Assembly (NCBI GenBank): GCA_034430395.1
Contig: DAOUEQ010000052.1
Location: forward strand, 17,896 to 81,895
Direction of reading: 5' to 3'
DNA: 64,000 nucleotides
From: Anaerolineales bacterium
Lineage (GTDB): Bacteria; Chloroflexota; Anaerolineae; Anaerolineales; E44-bin32
Below the pieces are notes generated by a model. It was given only the letters and a program-made list of their open reading frames with translations, had not been told where the DNA came from and searched no databases. The position numbers and the translations under genes are program-made. Of the stretch, positions 19,811 to 30,412 are shown one piece after another; the first letter of the stretch is position 1, and each line of letters starts with the position of its first letter.

Positions 19811-20185
19811 CTAAAAACTATCATTCATCCCCGGATCGGGCATGCTCTTCTCAATCGCGTCCGGACTTTCTCCAGACTCGAGCCGGTCGATGACCTCATT
19901 AAATTCAGGCGGCATTTCCTCGCCCAGTTCGGTGCCCATCTTGCGCATCATCTTAGCCATCGAACGGGGATCGGACTCATCGATGTCTCCCCAGGCGCTC
20001 GGATCCGCCAGTGATTCTATTCTGGATTCGTCCGAACGCGCGACTCGAATTCTGCTAATAACGCGCTCCAATTTAACGCTAGCGCAATACTGGCAGACAA
20101 CGGAGGTTACCCCGTAATCCTCATAAGCCTGATAAATCGAGTTGTGCTTCCCGCAGTCACAGCACCTATAATCATACGTCGGCAT
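19811..20185 (-). CDS. FmdB-family zinc-ribbon protein
   Basis: MPTYDYRCCDCG...CQYCAS. ATG at 20185 is preceded by GGAGGG. The longer track ORF (to 20344) would run across the gmk start. Confidence 0.7.
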   Translation of the reverse strand: MPTYDYRCCDCGKHNSIYQAYEDYGVTSVVCQYCASVKLERVISRIRVARSDESRIESLADPSAWGDIDESDPRSMAKMMRKMGTELGEEMPPEFNEVIDRLESGESPDAIEKSMPDPGMNDSF

Positions 20186-20236
20186 TTTACCCTCCAGTAA
20201 ATAGATTATACTGACCGCGTTGGGAGGCATCAATAC

Positions 20237-20854
20237 ATGTACCGTGAGTTCATCAAAAAACAAAAGCAGCCCTTGCTCATCGTAATATCCGGGCCCTCTG
20301 GCGTAGGCAAGGACACTGTTCTTCAGCGTATGAAACAACTCCAACTACCTTTTCACTTTGTGGTCACAGCAACATCACGGCCTAAGCGGGAAGGGGAAGT
20401 TGAGGGGGTCGATTACTTCTTCGTCAGCCCGGATGAGTTCCTCGGGATGGTCGAGAGGGATGAGCTGCTTGAACACGCGCTTGTCTACAATGAGTACAAA
20501 GGAATCCCCCGGCAGCAAGTGCAGGATGCATTCGCCAGCGGCCGAGATGTCGTCATGCGAATCGACGTGCAGGGCGCTGAAACGATCCGCCAACTCTATC
20601 CCGAGGCGTTATTGATTTTTCTTTCGACGCAGACGGAGGAGGAGCTCATCGCTCGCTTGAAGGAACGCCGAACGGAATCCGAGGAGAAGCTCCAGCTGCG
20701 GATCGATACCGCACGCGAGGAATTACACAAGGTAGAACTCTTCGACTACTACGTTGTTAACGCCGACGGAATGCTCGACGCAACAATTGCTGCAATCGTA
20801 GCAATCATTGAGTCCGAACATCGTCGCTCGAAACCGAGACAGGTGCGTCTGTGA
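20237..20854 (+). CDS. gmk: guanylate kinase
   Basis: ISGPSGVGKDT P-loop, TTR.PR.GE..G.DY.F, YGIP-like core; SD GGGAGG 9 nt upstream. Confidence 0.95.
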   Translation: MYREFIKKQKQPLLIVISGPSGVGKDTVLQRMKQLQLPFHFVVTATSRPKREGEVEGVDYFFVSPDEFLGMVERDELLEHALVYNEYKGIPRQQVQDAFASGRDVVMRIDVQGAETIRQLYPEALLIFLSTQTEEELIARLKERRTESEEKLQLRIDTAREELHKVELFDYYVVNADGMLDATIAAIVAIIESEHRRSKPRQVRL

Positions 20855-21639
20855 CACAAGAAATTCCGCAGCGGGACCCCACAATGTCTTCCGCTCCCGC
20901 CAGACCTGGTGCACAACCCACAAAATCGCGCCCTGGATTCAAACAATTCCCGGGCTCTTACAGTTTAATCGCCATTACAATGTTCGTTTTTCTGGGGCAA
21001 TTCCTGTCTATCGAGCTTTTTCAATTCGATTGGTTGATAGAGTTGGGGGCAAAATCCCGTCCCGAAATCCTGTCGGGGGAAATCTGGCGTTTCGTGACCC
21101 CAATGTTCCTTCACCTCTCAATTCCCCACGTCTTCGTCAATATGTACTCGCTCTATGCAATCGGCCCCGCCGTGGAACGCTTCTTCGGCGCAGCTCGTTT
21201 TGTTGCTATCTACTTGCTTTGCGGAATCGCGGGGGTAATTCTAAGCCTGGCTTTCAGCCCCTACCGCTCCGCCGGCGCTTCCGGGGCAATTTTCGGTCTC
21301 CTGGGGTCTTTGGGAGCTTTCTTATATCTTCACCGCGATCTGTTCGGTCGTTTTGGCCGTCAACAATTACGACAAATCGTTTTTGTGGCTCTTTTGAACT
21401 TGGGTTTCGGTCTTAGTGTGAATGGAATTGACAATTGGGGTCACCTGGGCGGCTTGCTGGCTGGTATTGCTCTCACATTGTTCCTTGGGCCGCGCTATGA
21501 GGTTGTCTGGGCATCGGTAGACGATGGCCGATTGGTGGATCGGCAACCATGGGGTGCTGTACGGGTCCTTTTTCTCGCTGCCTCGGGGTTGCTCTCCGCA
21601 ATTGCTTTAGTCGTGTTGTTTTTCCTGGCCGGAGCGTAA
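20851..21639 (+). CDS. rhomboid-family intramembrane serine protease
   Basis: WRFVTPMFLH..IPH..NM and the catalytic GASGAIFGLLG motif. GTG start overlapping the gmk stop (GTGA). Confidence 0.85.
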   Translation: MTQEIPQRDPTMSSAPARPGAQPTKSRPGFKQFPGSYSLIAITMFVFLGQFLSIELFQFDWLIELGAKSRPEILSGEIWRFVTPMFLHLSIPHVFVNMYSLYAIGPAVERFFGAARFVAIYLLCGIAGVILSLAFSPYRSAGASGAIFGLLGSLGAFLYLHRDLFGRFGRQQLRQIVFVALLNLGFGLSVNGIDNWGHLGGLLAGIALTLFLGPRYEVVWASVDDGRLVDRQPWGAVRVLFLAASGLLSAIALVVLFFLAGA

Positions 21640-21776
21640 GCGCATTCTCCTTGAATAATCAATCTGAACGAGAGTGACTCCCCAAGAACTTGGTCCCCTC
21701 TCCACTTCAGACTCATCTCTGAGTGCCGTTATAATCTACTCGAGTCGATCTACGCAGCACGGAGGATTCTCCAAAA

Positions 21777-22811
21777 ATGATGAGCCCTAAGCATAGCGTT
21801 GAGGTATTTGATATTACATTCGTCGGAGCCGGTCCAACGGGCCTCTTTGGGGCTTTCTACGCTGGTTTGCGCGAGATGAAGGTCAAAATCATCGATACTC
21901 TACCCAAACCCGGCGGTCAGTTGATCACGCTCTACCCCGAAAAGATGATATACGACGCTCCCGGTTTTCCGGCGATTCTGGCGAAAGAGCTTGCCTCCTG
22001 CCTGACCGAACAAGCGTCACGGTGGGAGCCGTTCATGGCGCTTGGAGAACGAGCTCTAAACCTCACGCGTGCGCCTCTCCCTGGAGGTGATGAGGGGCAG
22101 GAGTGCTGGCTCCTCAAGACGGACAAGGACATCCACTACACTCGCACTGTTGTGATCGCGGCAGGTATTGGCGCCTTCCTTCCGAACAAACTTAAGAACG
22201 AGAGTATTGCGCGCTTCGAAGATAATGGGGTGGAATATATGGTCAAGGATCTCAACGACTACGCAGGGATGCGCGTACTCATCGTTGGGGGCGGCGACAG
22301 CGCCGTGGACTGGTCTTTAGCACTTGAGCCGATCGCCAAGCATGTTACCTTGATTCATCGACGCGAGGGTTTTCGTGCACATGATACTTCTGTGAACGCC
22401 TTAAATGAATCGTCCGTTGATACGCGCATCTTCTATGAGCTGCGCGAGTTTCAGGGCGATGAGAACCTTGAGCGCGCTGTGATTTTCGACAATCGGACAG
22501 GCGATGAAACTACAATTGATGTCGATGCCGGTATCCTGGCTCTCGGATTCAAAGCCGACCTCGGACCCATTCGCGAGTGGGGACTGGAGACAATCGGTCG
22601 CCGCTACATTAAAGTCAATAGCAAAATGGAAACCAATCTCCCAGGAGTTTACGCTGCTGGCGATGTCGCCCTACAAGAGGAACTCGACCCGCTCAACTTG
22701 ATCGTTGTCGGTTTTGGTCAGGTCACGTTGGCGGTTAACTATGCCTACGCTGCGATCAAACCTGGAGAAAAAGTGTTCCCCGGTCATTCCAGCGAGAGGC
22801 TGGCTGAGTAG
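21777..22811 (+). CDS. thioredoxin-reductase-like ferredoxin-NADP(+) reductase (YumC type)
   Basis: FAD motif GAGPTGLFGAFYAG, NAD(P) motif IVGGGDSAVDW, GVYAAGD. Confidence 0.8.
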   Translation: MMSPKHSVEVFDITFVGAGPTGLFGAFYAGLREMKVKIIDTLPKPGGQLITLYPEKMIYDAPGFPAILAKELASCLTEQASRWEPFMALGERALNLTRAPLPGGDEGQECWLLKTDKDIHYTRTVVIAAGIGAFLPNKLKNESIARFEDNGVEYMVKDLNDYAGMRVLIVGGGDSAVDWSLALEPIAKHVTLIHRREGFRAHDTSVNALNESSVDTRIFYELREFQGDENLERAVIFDNRTGDETTIDVDAGILALGFKADLGPIREWGLETIGRRYIKVNSKMETNLPGVYAAGDVALQEELDPLNLIVVGFGQVTLAVNYAYAAIKPGEKVFPGHSSERLAE

Positions 22812-22971
22812 TACAAACTCTTTGCTTTGCGCGTGTGCCAACAATTAATTCCCCTGCTTTTCCCCCTATGCTCCCGCGGCGAGAGCTCTCTTTGGGGCCT
22901 TAAACCGAAACCGGCCTTGACGCGAGGCCGATTCGTATCCAATGTTGACTACTCATCCACGGATGGGGGAA

Positions 22972-23469
22972 TCAATCGAGCGGATCATCCCCTGGATTTA
23001 AGTCCTCTTCCGCTGGGTCAGGTGCACTTTCTTCGGTCTCCAATCTCTTTGTCCACGGCATATAAAGAATCACACCGAGCATACTGAGCACCACACCTGA
23101 TACCAGACCAATGATCTGAATATGTCCAAAGTAGATCGCGGGCATTCGGTGGGCGCCCACACCGATGAAGTCAGCCAACGATCCCACCGCAGCGACGACA
23201 TAGCCTGTCGCTATTAGCCTTATGCCTATGTCAGCTCGTAAAGAGTTGGGTTTGCCATTGCGAATTACCCGCACAGTCGAATAAGCCGTCACGAGCAGAA
23301 TCGCCAATCCCGTAAGCCAGACACCGATCTGGACAAACCCAACCGTAATGCTGCGGTTCATACCGATTAGATCGGGTTGTATGCCGATCATAAAGATCAG
23401 AAGACCGATCAACATTACGGTCATCCAGAGGCGGGCAAGGCGTGCTTGCAGTCGAGTGAGTGCGGGCAT
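22972..23469 (-). CDS. hypothetical membrane protein
   Basis: 165 aa, about 5 hydrophobic segments, acidic C-terminal tail; 5 nt downstream of the dipeptidase gene. Confidence 0.45.
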   Translation of the reverse strand: MPALTRLQARLARLWMTVMLIGLLIFMIGIQPDLIGMNRSITVGFVQIGVWLTGLAILLVTAYSTVRVIRNGKPNSLRADIGIRLIATGYVVAAVGSLADFIGVGAHRMPAIYFGHIQIIGLVSGVVLSMLGVILYMPWTKRLETEESAPDPAEEDLNPGDDPLD

Positions 23470-23474
23470 AAGAA

Positions 23475-24575
23475 TTAGTTCTCCGGAAGTGCTTTTTGCA
23501 GGAATTGCAGCCAGTTTTCCCCGAGGATCCCTTCGATATCTTGTTGATTGTAGCCGCGTGCGTCAAGCGACTCGCCAATTAACCGCAAGTCAGCCACGCT
23601 GTCAAGCCCCTGAGGAACATTGTCCAGGCCAAAACCTCCATCAAAATCGCTTCCTAAGCCAACGTGCGCCGCGTCTCCCGTCATCTGGCAAATATAATCG
23701 ATCCCTGTCGCAACGTCTGATAGTGATACAGCATCTCTGCCCTGCGAAGGGTCCCATCCATCTTTCAAGAAACGATTCCCAAGCAACAACCCAATCACCC
23801 CTTCCCGTTCAGCGGTTAGTCGGATCACGTTGTCTGTGATGTGCCGTTCGGGTTTCTCCGCGTTGGGCACCAGGGTAAGCGGGCTTGTGTGTGAGACAAG
23901 TATCGATCCCGGGAAAAGGTCCAGCGCTTCTATAGCCCCCTCCTCATCCAGATGCGCTAGATCCAAGATCATACCAATATCTGCCATGGCGTCCAGGAGT
24001 TCGCGGCCGAGATCCGTTAAAGGACCCGGTTCTCCTGTCCCTCCAGCGTATCGAGTGGCAGCCCAGGCAGGGCCCAGAATTCTAACACCTCCATCGAACC
24101 ACTCTTGTAGCTCTGCTGGCAACCGTACGCCATCTGCCCCCTCCATGAGCAATACCATTCCTACACTTCGCTCTTTCTCCTCAGACTTCAGCCAGGCCGA
24201 CTCTGTGACTCCAAGCTCGTTTTTATCGAGGATTAGATGGAACTTCTCGGCATGTTCATCTAACAGTCGATGGTAATACGCCAGATCTGAGCGATAGAGC
24301 GTGTGCGCCTCCTCGGCATCAGCGTAACATCTGACATCCCAGGGTCCTTTCTTCCATCTAAGCGGCGCAGAGAAGAGCGTTGCGAAGACCACCGCCACAC
24401 CGCCCTGGACCCACTCCTGCCAGCCGAGCAACGTTTCCCCATTCCACTCTGGGATCGATGTCCCCTCCTCCTTCGCCCTCGTCTCAATCGCGGAACGCGT
24501 GTAATCTCGATCGAAAGTGAGCGCGTTCCAGGCCAAATCTTCGTGTGCATCTACGATGATCATGTGCGCTTCCAC
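23475..24575 (-). CDS. membrane-dipeptidase family (peptidase M19) protein
   Basis: IIVDAHEDLAWN start and later H/D metal ligands (HLDE, VSHTS, LGSDFDG) typical of the renal dipeptidase family. Confidence 0.75.
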   Translation of the reverse strand: MEAHMIIVDAHEDLAWNALTFDRDYTRSAIETRAKEEGTSIPEWNGETLLGWQEWVQGGVAVVFATLFSAPLRWKKGPWDVRCYADAEEAHTLYRSDLAYYHRLLDEHAEKFHLILDKNELGVTESAWLKSEEKERSVGMVLLMEGADGVRLPAELQEWFDGGVRILGPAWAATRYAGGTGEPGPLTDLGRELLDAMADIGMILDLAHLDEEGAIEALDLFPGSILVSHTSPLTLVPNAEKPERHITDNVIRLTAEREGVIGLLLGNRFLKDGWDPSQGRDAVSLSDVATGIDYICQMTGDAAHVGLGSDFDGGFGLDNVPQGLDSVADLRLIGESLDARGYNQQDIEGILGENWLQFLQKALPEN

Positions 24576-25564
24576 TCATCAACAATGACACGCCAGAACG
24601 CATCATCATCGCCGGGACGAAAGGCCTGATATGGCGTGATCCTGTCTACAAGTCCCTCATAGCGTTGTTTAATCGCGCTTGCCAGCGCATCGGGTTTCTC
24701 AACAACAGCGAAGGTCGCCAGCATTTCATCATCCACCAAATCTGGCATCGCATCCCACTCCCCCTTCCGAGCCAGAGACGTAAGTTTTTCGGCAGCGTCA
24801 TCCCACCCATGGAGCGACAGCACACGACGGTAGGAAGGTGTGGATGCGTAAAATGCGATTTGCGAACGCACAAACGCATCCTGTTGAGGATTCGTCACGA
24901 TAAAGGTGGAAGTTGAAAGCTGGATATTGCCTTTATCACGTCCCACCCGCCCGGCGCCTTCCGCAATCGCGGGGCGGACAACTTCGCGTAAATAACGCTC
25001 CGTGTGCAGAGGGTGGACATGGAATCCATCGGCCACTTCGCCGGTCAATCGACACATGCCTGGATTCACCCCTGCCAAATAGATCGGTATATCAGGATGT
25101 TCAATCGGTCCAGGGTCAAAGAAGGGCGTCATCAAGTTGAGCTTGAAATATTCACCGCTATAGTTCAGGCGTTCATCCCCCTGCCATGCAGACCAAAATG
25201 AGCGCACGGCCAGAACGAACTCGCGCAGTTTACCTACGGGTGAATCGGGCCAGGTCATCCCAAAGCGCCGCTCAATATGCGGTTTGACCTGCGTCCCTAA
25301 ACCCAGGATAAATCGTCCTTGTGATGCCGCCGCTAAATCCCAGGCCGTATGGGCAACATTTGCCGGGCTGCGAGCGAACGCGATCGCCACTGCGGTACCA
25401 AAACGAATCTCACCGGTGTGCTCTGCAACCAGAGCCAGGGAGAGGAATGGGTCATGCTGGGTCTCTGGTGCCCAGAGCCCGTCAAAGCGCATTCCCTCTA
25501 CCGCTCTAGCAATCGTCGGCACATCCTTAAGGGATGCTGGGGGAAGCAACACATCTAAGCGCAT
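24560..25564 (-). CDS. luciferase-like (LLM class) F420-dependent oxidoreductase
   Basis: FDGLW.PE...DPF..LA, RFILGLGTQVKPHIERRFG, YLAGVNP; TIM-barrel LLM pattern. Confidence 0.75.
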   Translation of the reverse strand: MRLDVLLPPASLKDVPTIARAVEGMRFDGLWAPETQHDPFLSLALVAEHTGEIRFGTAVAIAFARSPANVAHTAWDLAAASQGRFILGLGTQVKPHIERRFGMTWPDSPVGKLREFVLAVRSFWSAWQGDERLNYSGEYFKLNLMTPFFDPGPIEHPDIPIYLAGVNPGMCRLTGEVADGFHVHPLHTERYLREVVRPAIAEGAGRVGRDKGNIQLSTSTFIVTNPQQDAFVRSQIAFYASTPSYRRVLSLHGWDDAAEKLTSLARKGEWDAMPDLVDDEMLATFAVVEKPDALASAIKQRYEGLVDRITPYQAFRPGDDDAFWRVIVDEWKRT

Positions 25565-25684
25565 TTATTTGTTCCTCTCATGATCTCGCATCGGACGAGA
25601 TGGTAACAAGAGAATGGGGTGTGGAAAAACAAAACCAGCTTGAAAAAATCGGCGATTCTTTGCATGATTTTTCAGAGCGCAGTT

Positions 25685-26101
25685 TTACAAATCTTCAAAC
25701 GCTGTGATCACGGCACGCCACTCATCTGGAATAAGGATGGATTTCTCCAGCTGGTAATCATAGGCAACCAGTGTTGCCTGCCCAATAGCAAGTTCAGCTC
25801 CTGATTGAGCATCCTGTATCGAGTATTGAGTCTCGATACTTTTCTCCCCGAGACGTGTGGTTCGAACACCTACTTTAATGTCGCTTTCTAATTGGATCGG
25901 GCTTAAGTAACGGCAGCTTTGCTCCGCGAGGATGATCCCGATGACGTCGAAGTTTGATCCTTCCCATATGCCAAGCGCCTTGATGTACTTCGTTCGCGCC
26001 TGCTCCATGTAGGTGAAGTATCGGGCATTGTTCACGTGGCGTTGGGCATCAATATCACTATAACGGATCTCAATGGCTTGGAAAAAGCGATAATCGCCCA
26101 T
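25685..26101 (-). CDS. acyl-CoA thioesterase (4HBT/YbgC hotdog fold)
   Basis: IEIRYSDIDAQRHVNNARYFTYMEQAR motif; 138 aa. Confidence 0.8.
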   Translation of the reverse strand: MGDYRFFQAIEIRYSDIDAQRHVNNARYFTYMEQARTKYIKALGIWEGSNFDVIGIILAEQSCRYLSPIQLESDIKVGVRTTRLGEKSIETQYSIQDAQSGAELAIGQATLVAYDYQLEKSILIPDEWRAVITAFEDL

Positions 26102-26320
26102 TACACCTCACATGGCAGCTATTCGAGCTGTGGTCCTTAAGTAGGTGGTGTTGGATCTTGCAAGCCCTGGAGCAGGGGGCGCTACCTTAGGATGGCTGTT
26201 GGGCAATCCGCTCCTAACCTTAGACTCTATTCTCCATCAGAACGTCGAATAAATCCTACCCCAATCATTCTAGACTTTTTCATACGTTATCCGTCCGATT
26301 GCTTTAATCCTTGATATTCA

Positions 26321-26947
26321 TCAACCCCAGGTCACATCTCCACAGAGACCGGGCGGAAGTGGCTTATCCTTGAAAGTTTCGAAGTCTGCGCGCTCCGTGC
26401 CAACAGTCGTCGACGCCCCGTGTCCGGGGTGTAATCGGACCGAATCAGACCAGGTGAAGACCGTGAAGGCCAATGATTCGAGCGCCATCACCAGCGCCTC
26501 TGGTGTCTCCGTATGCCCTGGCCCTCCGGGGAAGATCGCATCCCCAGATAGGGCATAATGGAACCCATCAACTTCGATGAGTTTGAAAGCAACGCTCCCT
26601 GGTGTATGACCGGGGACATGAATAACCTCGATAGAAGCGTCTCCCATCCCGAAACTATCACCATGCAATAATTCGAAATCAGCCTGAATGGAAAATGCTT
26701 CAGCATCGGCGGGGTGGATCCCCACTTTTACCCTCAATGACTCCCTTACCGTTTGAAGCGCTCCAACGTGATCTGGGTGCCCGTGGGTAAGCAAGAGTCT
26801 GCTGATGCTTATGTTTCCTATCCAATCCAGAATCTTCTGTGCCTCATCTCCAGGGTCAACAAGTATCCCCTCGCCCAATTCAGTCTCGACGAGTAGATAG
26901 CAATTCGTCTGATATTCTCCAACGGGCATAACCCTCAGTTCAATCAT
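26321..26947 (-). CDS. MBL-fold metallo-hydrolase (glyoxalase II-like)
   Basis: LTHGHPDHVG (HxHxDH), HVPGHTPGS, GD..F.GG.G. Confidence 0.85.
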   Translation of the reverse strand: MIELRVMPVGEYQTNCYLLVETELGEGILVDPGDEAQKILDWIGNISISRLLLTHGHPDHVGALQTVRESLRVKVGIHPADAEAFSIQADFELLHGDSFGMGDASIEVIHVPGHTPGSVAFKLIEVDGFHYALSGDAIFPGGPGHTETPEALVMALESLAFTVFTWSDSVRLHPGHGASTTVGTERADFETFKDKPLPPGLCGDVTWG

Positions 26948-27182
26948 CGTCGGCCTCCGTGAGGCTCACTTGAGGCGTATCTTTCGCCTACCCGTGCGGC
27001 TGGGGTTTTTACAATCAAATAGCATCTGGGACCTGCTTTGAGCGATCTTGGCTGTAAGCAGTTCGCGCAATCAGATTGGCGAGATCTCACGCTAAGTGAG
27101 CCCCCTCTTGATTCCTTTTGTTGAAAAATAAAAACCTGGAGATTCCCCGGGCATTCAGCATTCTATTTGCGACGAGCGCTTT

Positions 27183-28214
27183 TCACTCGTTTATCGTTTC
27201 GAACCCATATAATTTACGATGGACCACACTCAAGGCTCGGACCTGCTGCTCCGCGTGGTACGAAGAACGTACCAACGGTCCGCTTTCAACCCATTTGAAA
27301 CCGATGTCTCCACCGAAACGTTCGAACTCTTCGAATTCCTCCGGGGTATAGTAACGCTCGATCGGGAGGTGCTCTTTCGTGGGTTGTAGATACTGACCGA
27401 TGGTGAGAATGTCGACATCCCAAGAGCGAAGGTCTTCCATGACCTCCTTGATCTCTTTCATGGTCTCCCCCAATCCAACCATGATGCCTGATTTAGTAAG
27501 CCCTTCTGGGTCTATGTTCTTCGCGTTGGTGAGCGTCGCCTGCGCCCACTCATATTGATCCTGCGGTTGAACTTTCTTAAAGAGTCGCGGTACTGTCTCA
27601 ACGTTGTGGTTGAGAATCTCGGGCCGGGCATCCGTAACGATCTTCAGTGATTCGATGGAACCTTTGAAGTCCGGGATGAGCACCTCGATGGAACACCCTG
27701 GTTGCAGTTCCCGGATTCTCTTGATAACCATCGCGAAAATCGGAGCCCCACCGTCGGGACGCTCATCGCGATTTACGCTGGTAATAACTGCGTGGCGCAG
27801 GTCCATCGCCTGTACGGCACGCGCCACTCGCTCGGGCTCGAGCCAATCCAGTGGTGCAGGGCGCCCCGTTGCGATGTCGCAAAAGCCGCAGGAGCGCGTA
27901 CATACATCGCCCATGAGCAAAAATGTCGCCGTCCCGGATCCCCAGCATTCCCCCATATTTGGACAGCGGGCCTCTTCACAAACAGTGTGTAACGACTTGG
28001 AACGCATCATGCGTCGCAACCACTCGTAAGTCTCACCCGATGGCGCGCGCACCTTAATCCATTCCGGTCGCCGCCTGGGGGGTCGATCCTCGTGGCGCGT
28101 TGATTGGATATCAACTTTCATTTCATCATCTTTATTTGCGCTCTTCATTAAATCCATTTTACCGCGAAACCTCGGCCAGTCTCTTACACGCGCTTGGTAA
28201 TCGAAAAAGCACAT
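27183..28214 (-). CDS. lipA: lipoyl synthase
   Basis: [13 protein letters not shown] and radical-SAM CTRSCGFC clusters, [18 protein letters not shown]. The true start is probably an internal Met (28157-28121). Confidence 0.95.
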   Translation of the reverse strand: MCFFDYQARVRDWPRFRGKMDLMKSANKDDEMKVDIQSTRHEDRPPRRRPEWIKVRAPSGETYEWLRRMMRSKSLHTVCEEARCPNMGECWGSGTATFLLMGDVCTRSCGFCDIATGRPAPLDWLEPERVARAVQAMDLRHAVITSVNRDERPDGGAPIFAMVIKRIRELQPGCSIEVLIPDFKGSIESLKIVTDARPEILNHNVETVPRLFKKVQPQDQYEWAQATLTNAKNIDPEGLTKSGIMVGLGETMKEIKEVMEDLRSWDVDILTIGQYLQPTKEHLPIERYYTPEEFEEFERFGGDIGFKWVESGPLVRSSYHAEQQVRALSVVHRKLYGFETINE

Positions 28215-28228
28215 GTATACTCATTGCT

Positions 28229-29209
28229 ATGGACCAATCTGACTCCACCAACGGGTCGGCGCAGTCTCCTCATTTATTTACGTCAACACAACGAAATGGC
28301 GGCGATGAGGATCGGTCACGCTTCGCCGGCGCGGGGCTGTGCGCCACATCCGCTGCGGGATTCGCCAGCCTCTCGATTCTAGGGAAGCTTGCCTTCAACG
28401 CAGATCTCAACATTGTGACGATCTTGAGCCTTCGCTTTACAGGGGCTGCCGTTCTATTGGCGATCTATCTGTTTTTCTTCCGCCGGCGTAAGTTGATTTT
28501 CGATGCCCGTCAGGTGGTTATTCTCATCCTGCTCGGCGCAGTTGGCTACACAGGGCAATCTGCACTCTACTTTGCTGCCCTTGAACGAAACCCTGCCTCG
28601 ATTAGCTCAATGCTATTATATGTGTACCCTGCCTTCGTAGCTCTGTTTAACTGGCTCCTGAACCGCCAAGCGCTGAGCGCTCGAGAGTGGGTCGCTCTCG
28701 CACTAGCGTCTTGCGGAGTGATCCTCACACTCAACCCAGTTCGAATTCTGCAAAGCACCAGCAACGGGTCAATTGACTTGCTCGGTGTAGCTTTTGTTAT
28801 AGGATCCGCTATCTGGTATGCCGCCTACATCATCAGCAGCGATCGCTTCACCCGCCGGGCAGGTCCCTGGGTGAGTCTGGTCTGGATTTCGCTTGGCGCA
28901 GCGATCAGCTTTACCATCGCGGGCGCCTTCTCCCATACTCTGGATTATAAACTGGGGCCGGAGGGCATCCTCATCCTTTTCGGGATGGTGACTCTCAGCA
29001 CGATCCTGGCTCTGGGAACTTTCTTGGCCGGGATGCAGCGCGTCGGCCCTACAGCCGCATCGCTGCTCAGCACGCTTGAACCGGTCTTCACCGTTCTCCT
29101 TGCCATGGTTCTTCTAGGTGAATTTCTAACAATACTACAAACTGTAGGTGGGGGGCTCGTCCTCGCGGCCGCTGTGCTGCTCAGCACCTCGCGAGGACAC
29201 CCTACCTAA
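28229..29209 (+). CDS. DMT-superfamily (EamA-like) transporter
   Basis: Ten hydrophobic segments in two EamA-like halves. Start trimmed to ATG 28229 so it does not overlap divergent lipA. Confidence 0.75.
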   Translation: MDQSDSTNGSAQSPHLFTSTQRNGGDEDRSRFAGAGLCATSAAGFASLSILGKLAFNADLNIVTILSLRFTGAAVLLAIYLFFFRRRKLIFDARQVVILILLGAVGYTGQSALYFAALERNPASISSMLLYVYPAFVALFNWLLNRQALSAREWVALALASCGVILTLNPVRILQSTSNGSIDLLGVAFVIGSAIWYAAYIISSDRFTRRAGPWVSLVWISLGAAISFTIAGAFSHTLDYKLGPEGILILFGMVTLSTILALGTFLAGMQRVGPTAASLLSTLEPVFTVLLAMVLLGEFLTILQTVGGGLVLAAAVLLSTSRGHPT

Positions 29210-29319
29210 CCCGATTAGTTGCGTTTTTCACAAGTGATCTTTGTACCTTGCCAAACACCAAAATCGAGGCTATCTTTCAGTTGTCTGACAATCTTGCTTT
29301 AACGGAAAGGTAATCAGCC

Positions 29320-30165
29320 ATGAATAGAGAACTAAGTATCGACGCCCTGCTCCCCCCGGAGATGGCGCGCCGAGCCGAATATATCGGAGTCAGCAAGGCG
29401 GAAGCGCCGATGCTGCGCACCTTCGTCTTGGCTATCCTGGCGGGGGCTTTTATCGCCCTAGGCGCGATCTTCGCCACCACAATCTCCGCCGGAACCTCCA
29501 GCGAGCTACCCTTCGGCGTAACGAAACTCCTCGTTGGTTTCGTTTTTTGCCTCGGCCTGGTCCTTGTTGTAATTGGCGGAGCGGAGCTTTTCACGGGCAA
29601 CAACCTCATCGTCATGGCCTGGGCAAGTCGCAAGGTGAGCACCAAAGCATTGCTGAGTAACTGGGGGATCGTCTACGCCGGTAACTTCGTGGGATCGGTC
29701 GGAACCGCAATCCTAATCTTCTTAAGCCGGCAGTATACCTTCGGCGGAGGTATGGTCGGAGCCAGCGCGTTGGCAATTGCCAATGGCAAGGTCAGTTTGG
29801 ATTGGTTTCAGGCTTTGATGCTCGGCGTCTTATGCAACATCCTTGTTTGTCTGGCGGTGTGGCTCACATTCAGCGCCCGCAGCACGATCGATAAAATCGC
29901 TACGATCATTTTTCCGATCACTGCCTTCGTTGCCGCCGGCTTTGAACATAGCGTAGCTAATATGTATTTTGTCCCTGTCGGATTGATGATCAAGGCTTTC
30001 GACCCAGCCTTTATCGCCACAACAGGCCTAGAACTCACAAAACTCACCTGGGGGAATTTCTTGGTGAACAACCTGCTCCCTGTGACCATCGGCAATATCA
30101 TCGGCGGTTCGATCTTCGTCGCCGCTGTGTACTGGTCAATATTCTTGCGCAATACTGAGCGTTAA
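29320..30165 (+). CDS. formate/nitrite transporter family channel (FocA/NirC-like)
   Basis: GAELFTGN, FEHSVANMYF, NIIGG motifs. Confidence 0.9.
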   Translation: MNRELSIDALLPPEMARRAEYIGVSKAEAPMLRTFVLAILAGAFIALGAIFATTISAGTSSELPFGVTKLLVGFVFCLGLVLVVIGGAELFTGNNLIVMAWASRKVSTKALLSNWGIVYAGNFVGSVGTAILIFLSRQYTFGGGMVGASALAIANGKVSLDWFQALMLGVLCNILVCLAVWLTFSARSTIDKIATIIFPITAFVAAGFEHSVANMYFVPVGLMIKAFDPAFIATTGLELTKLTWGNFLVNNLLPVTIGNIIGGSIFVAAVYWSIFLRNTER

Positions 30166-30181
30166 AACGAAAGGACATTCA

Positions 30182-30412
30182 ATGAAAGCGTATATTTTGA
30201 TCACCATTACCACTGGGAAGGTTGAACAAGTCGTTGAGCATCTCCAACGCGTGGATGGTGTCCTTGAAGGAAATATGGCATTTGGCCCCTACGACGCTGT
30301 CGCTGTTGTGGAAGCGGAGGATATCAACGCTCTGGGCAAAATCATAACTGGACGCATCCAACCCATTCCGGGTGTGTTAGACACTCTTACCTGCCTGGTG
30401 GTGGATAACTGA
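30182..30412 (+). CDS. stand-alone Lrp/AsnC-type ligand-binding (RAM) domain protein
   Basis: 76 aa: MKAYILI....GKVEQVVEHL..VDGV.E......YD.VA.VEA.D...L..I. 16 nt after the FNT gene. Confidence 0.65.
   Translation: MKAYILITITTGKVEQVVEHLQRVDGVLEGNMAFGPYDAVAVVEAEDINALGKIITGRIQPIPGVLDTLTCLVVDN

Noticed and set aside
19811-20344. Long N-terminal extensions in the track ORFs (19811-20344, 28100-29209, 46428-47657, 47632-48330, 54287-55456, 58656-60158).
   Set aside because: The extensions overlap neighbouring genes or lack family similarity. Internal ATG codons with SD sequences give products matching the expected family N-termini, so I trimmed the coordinates in the feature list.
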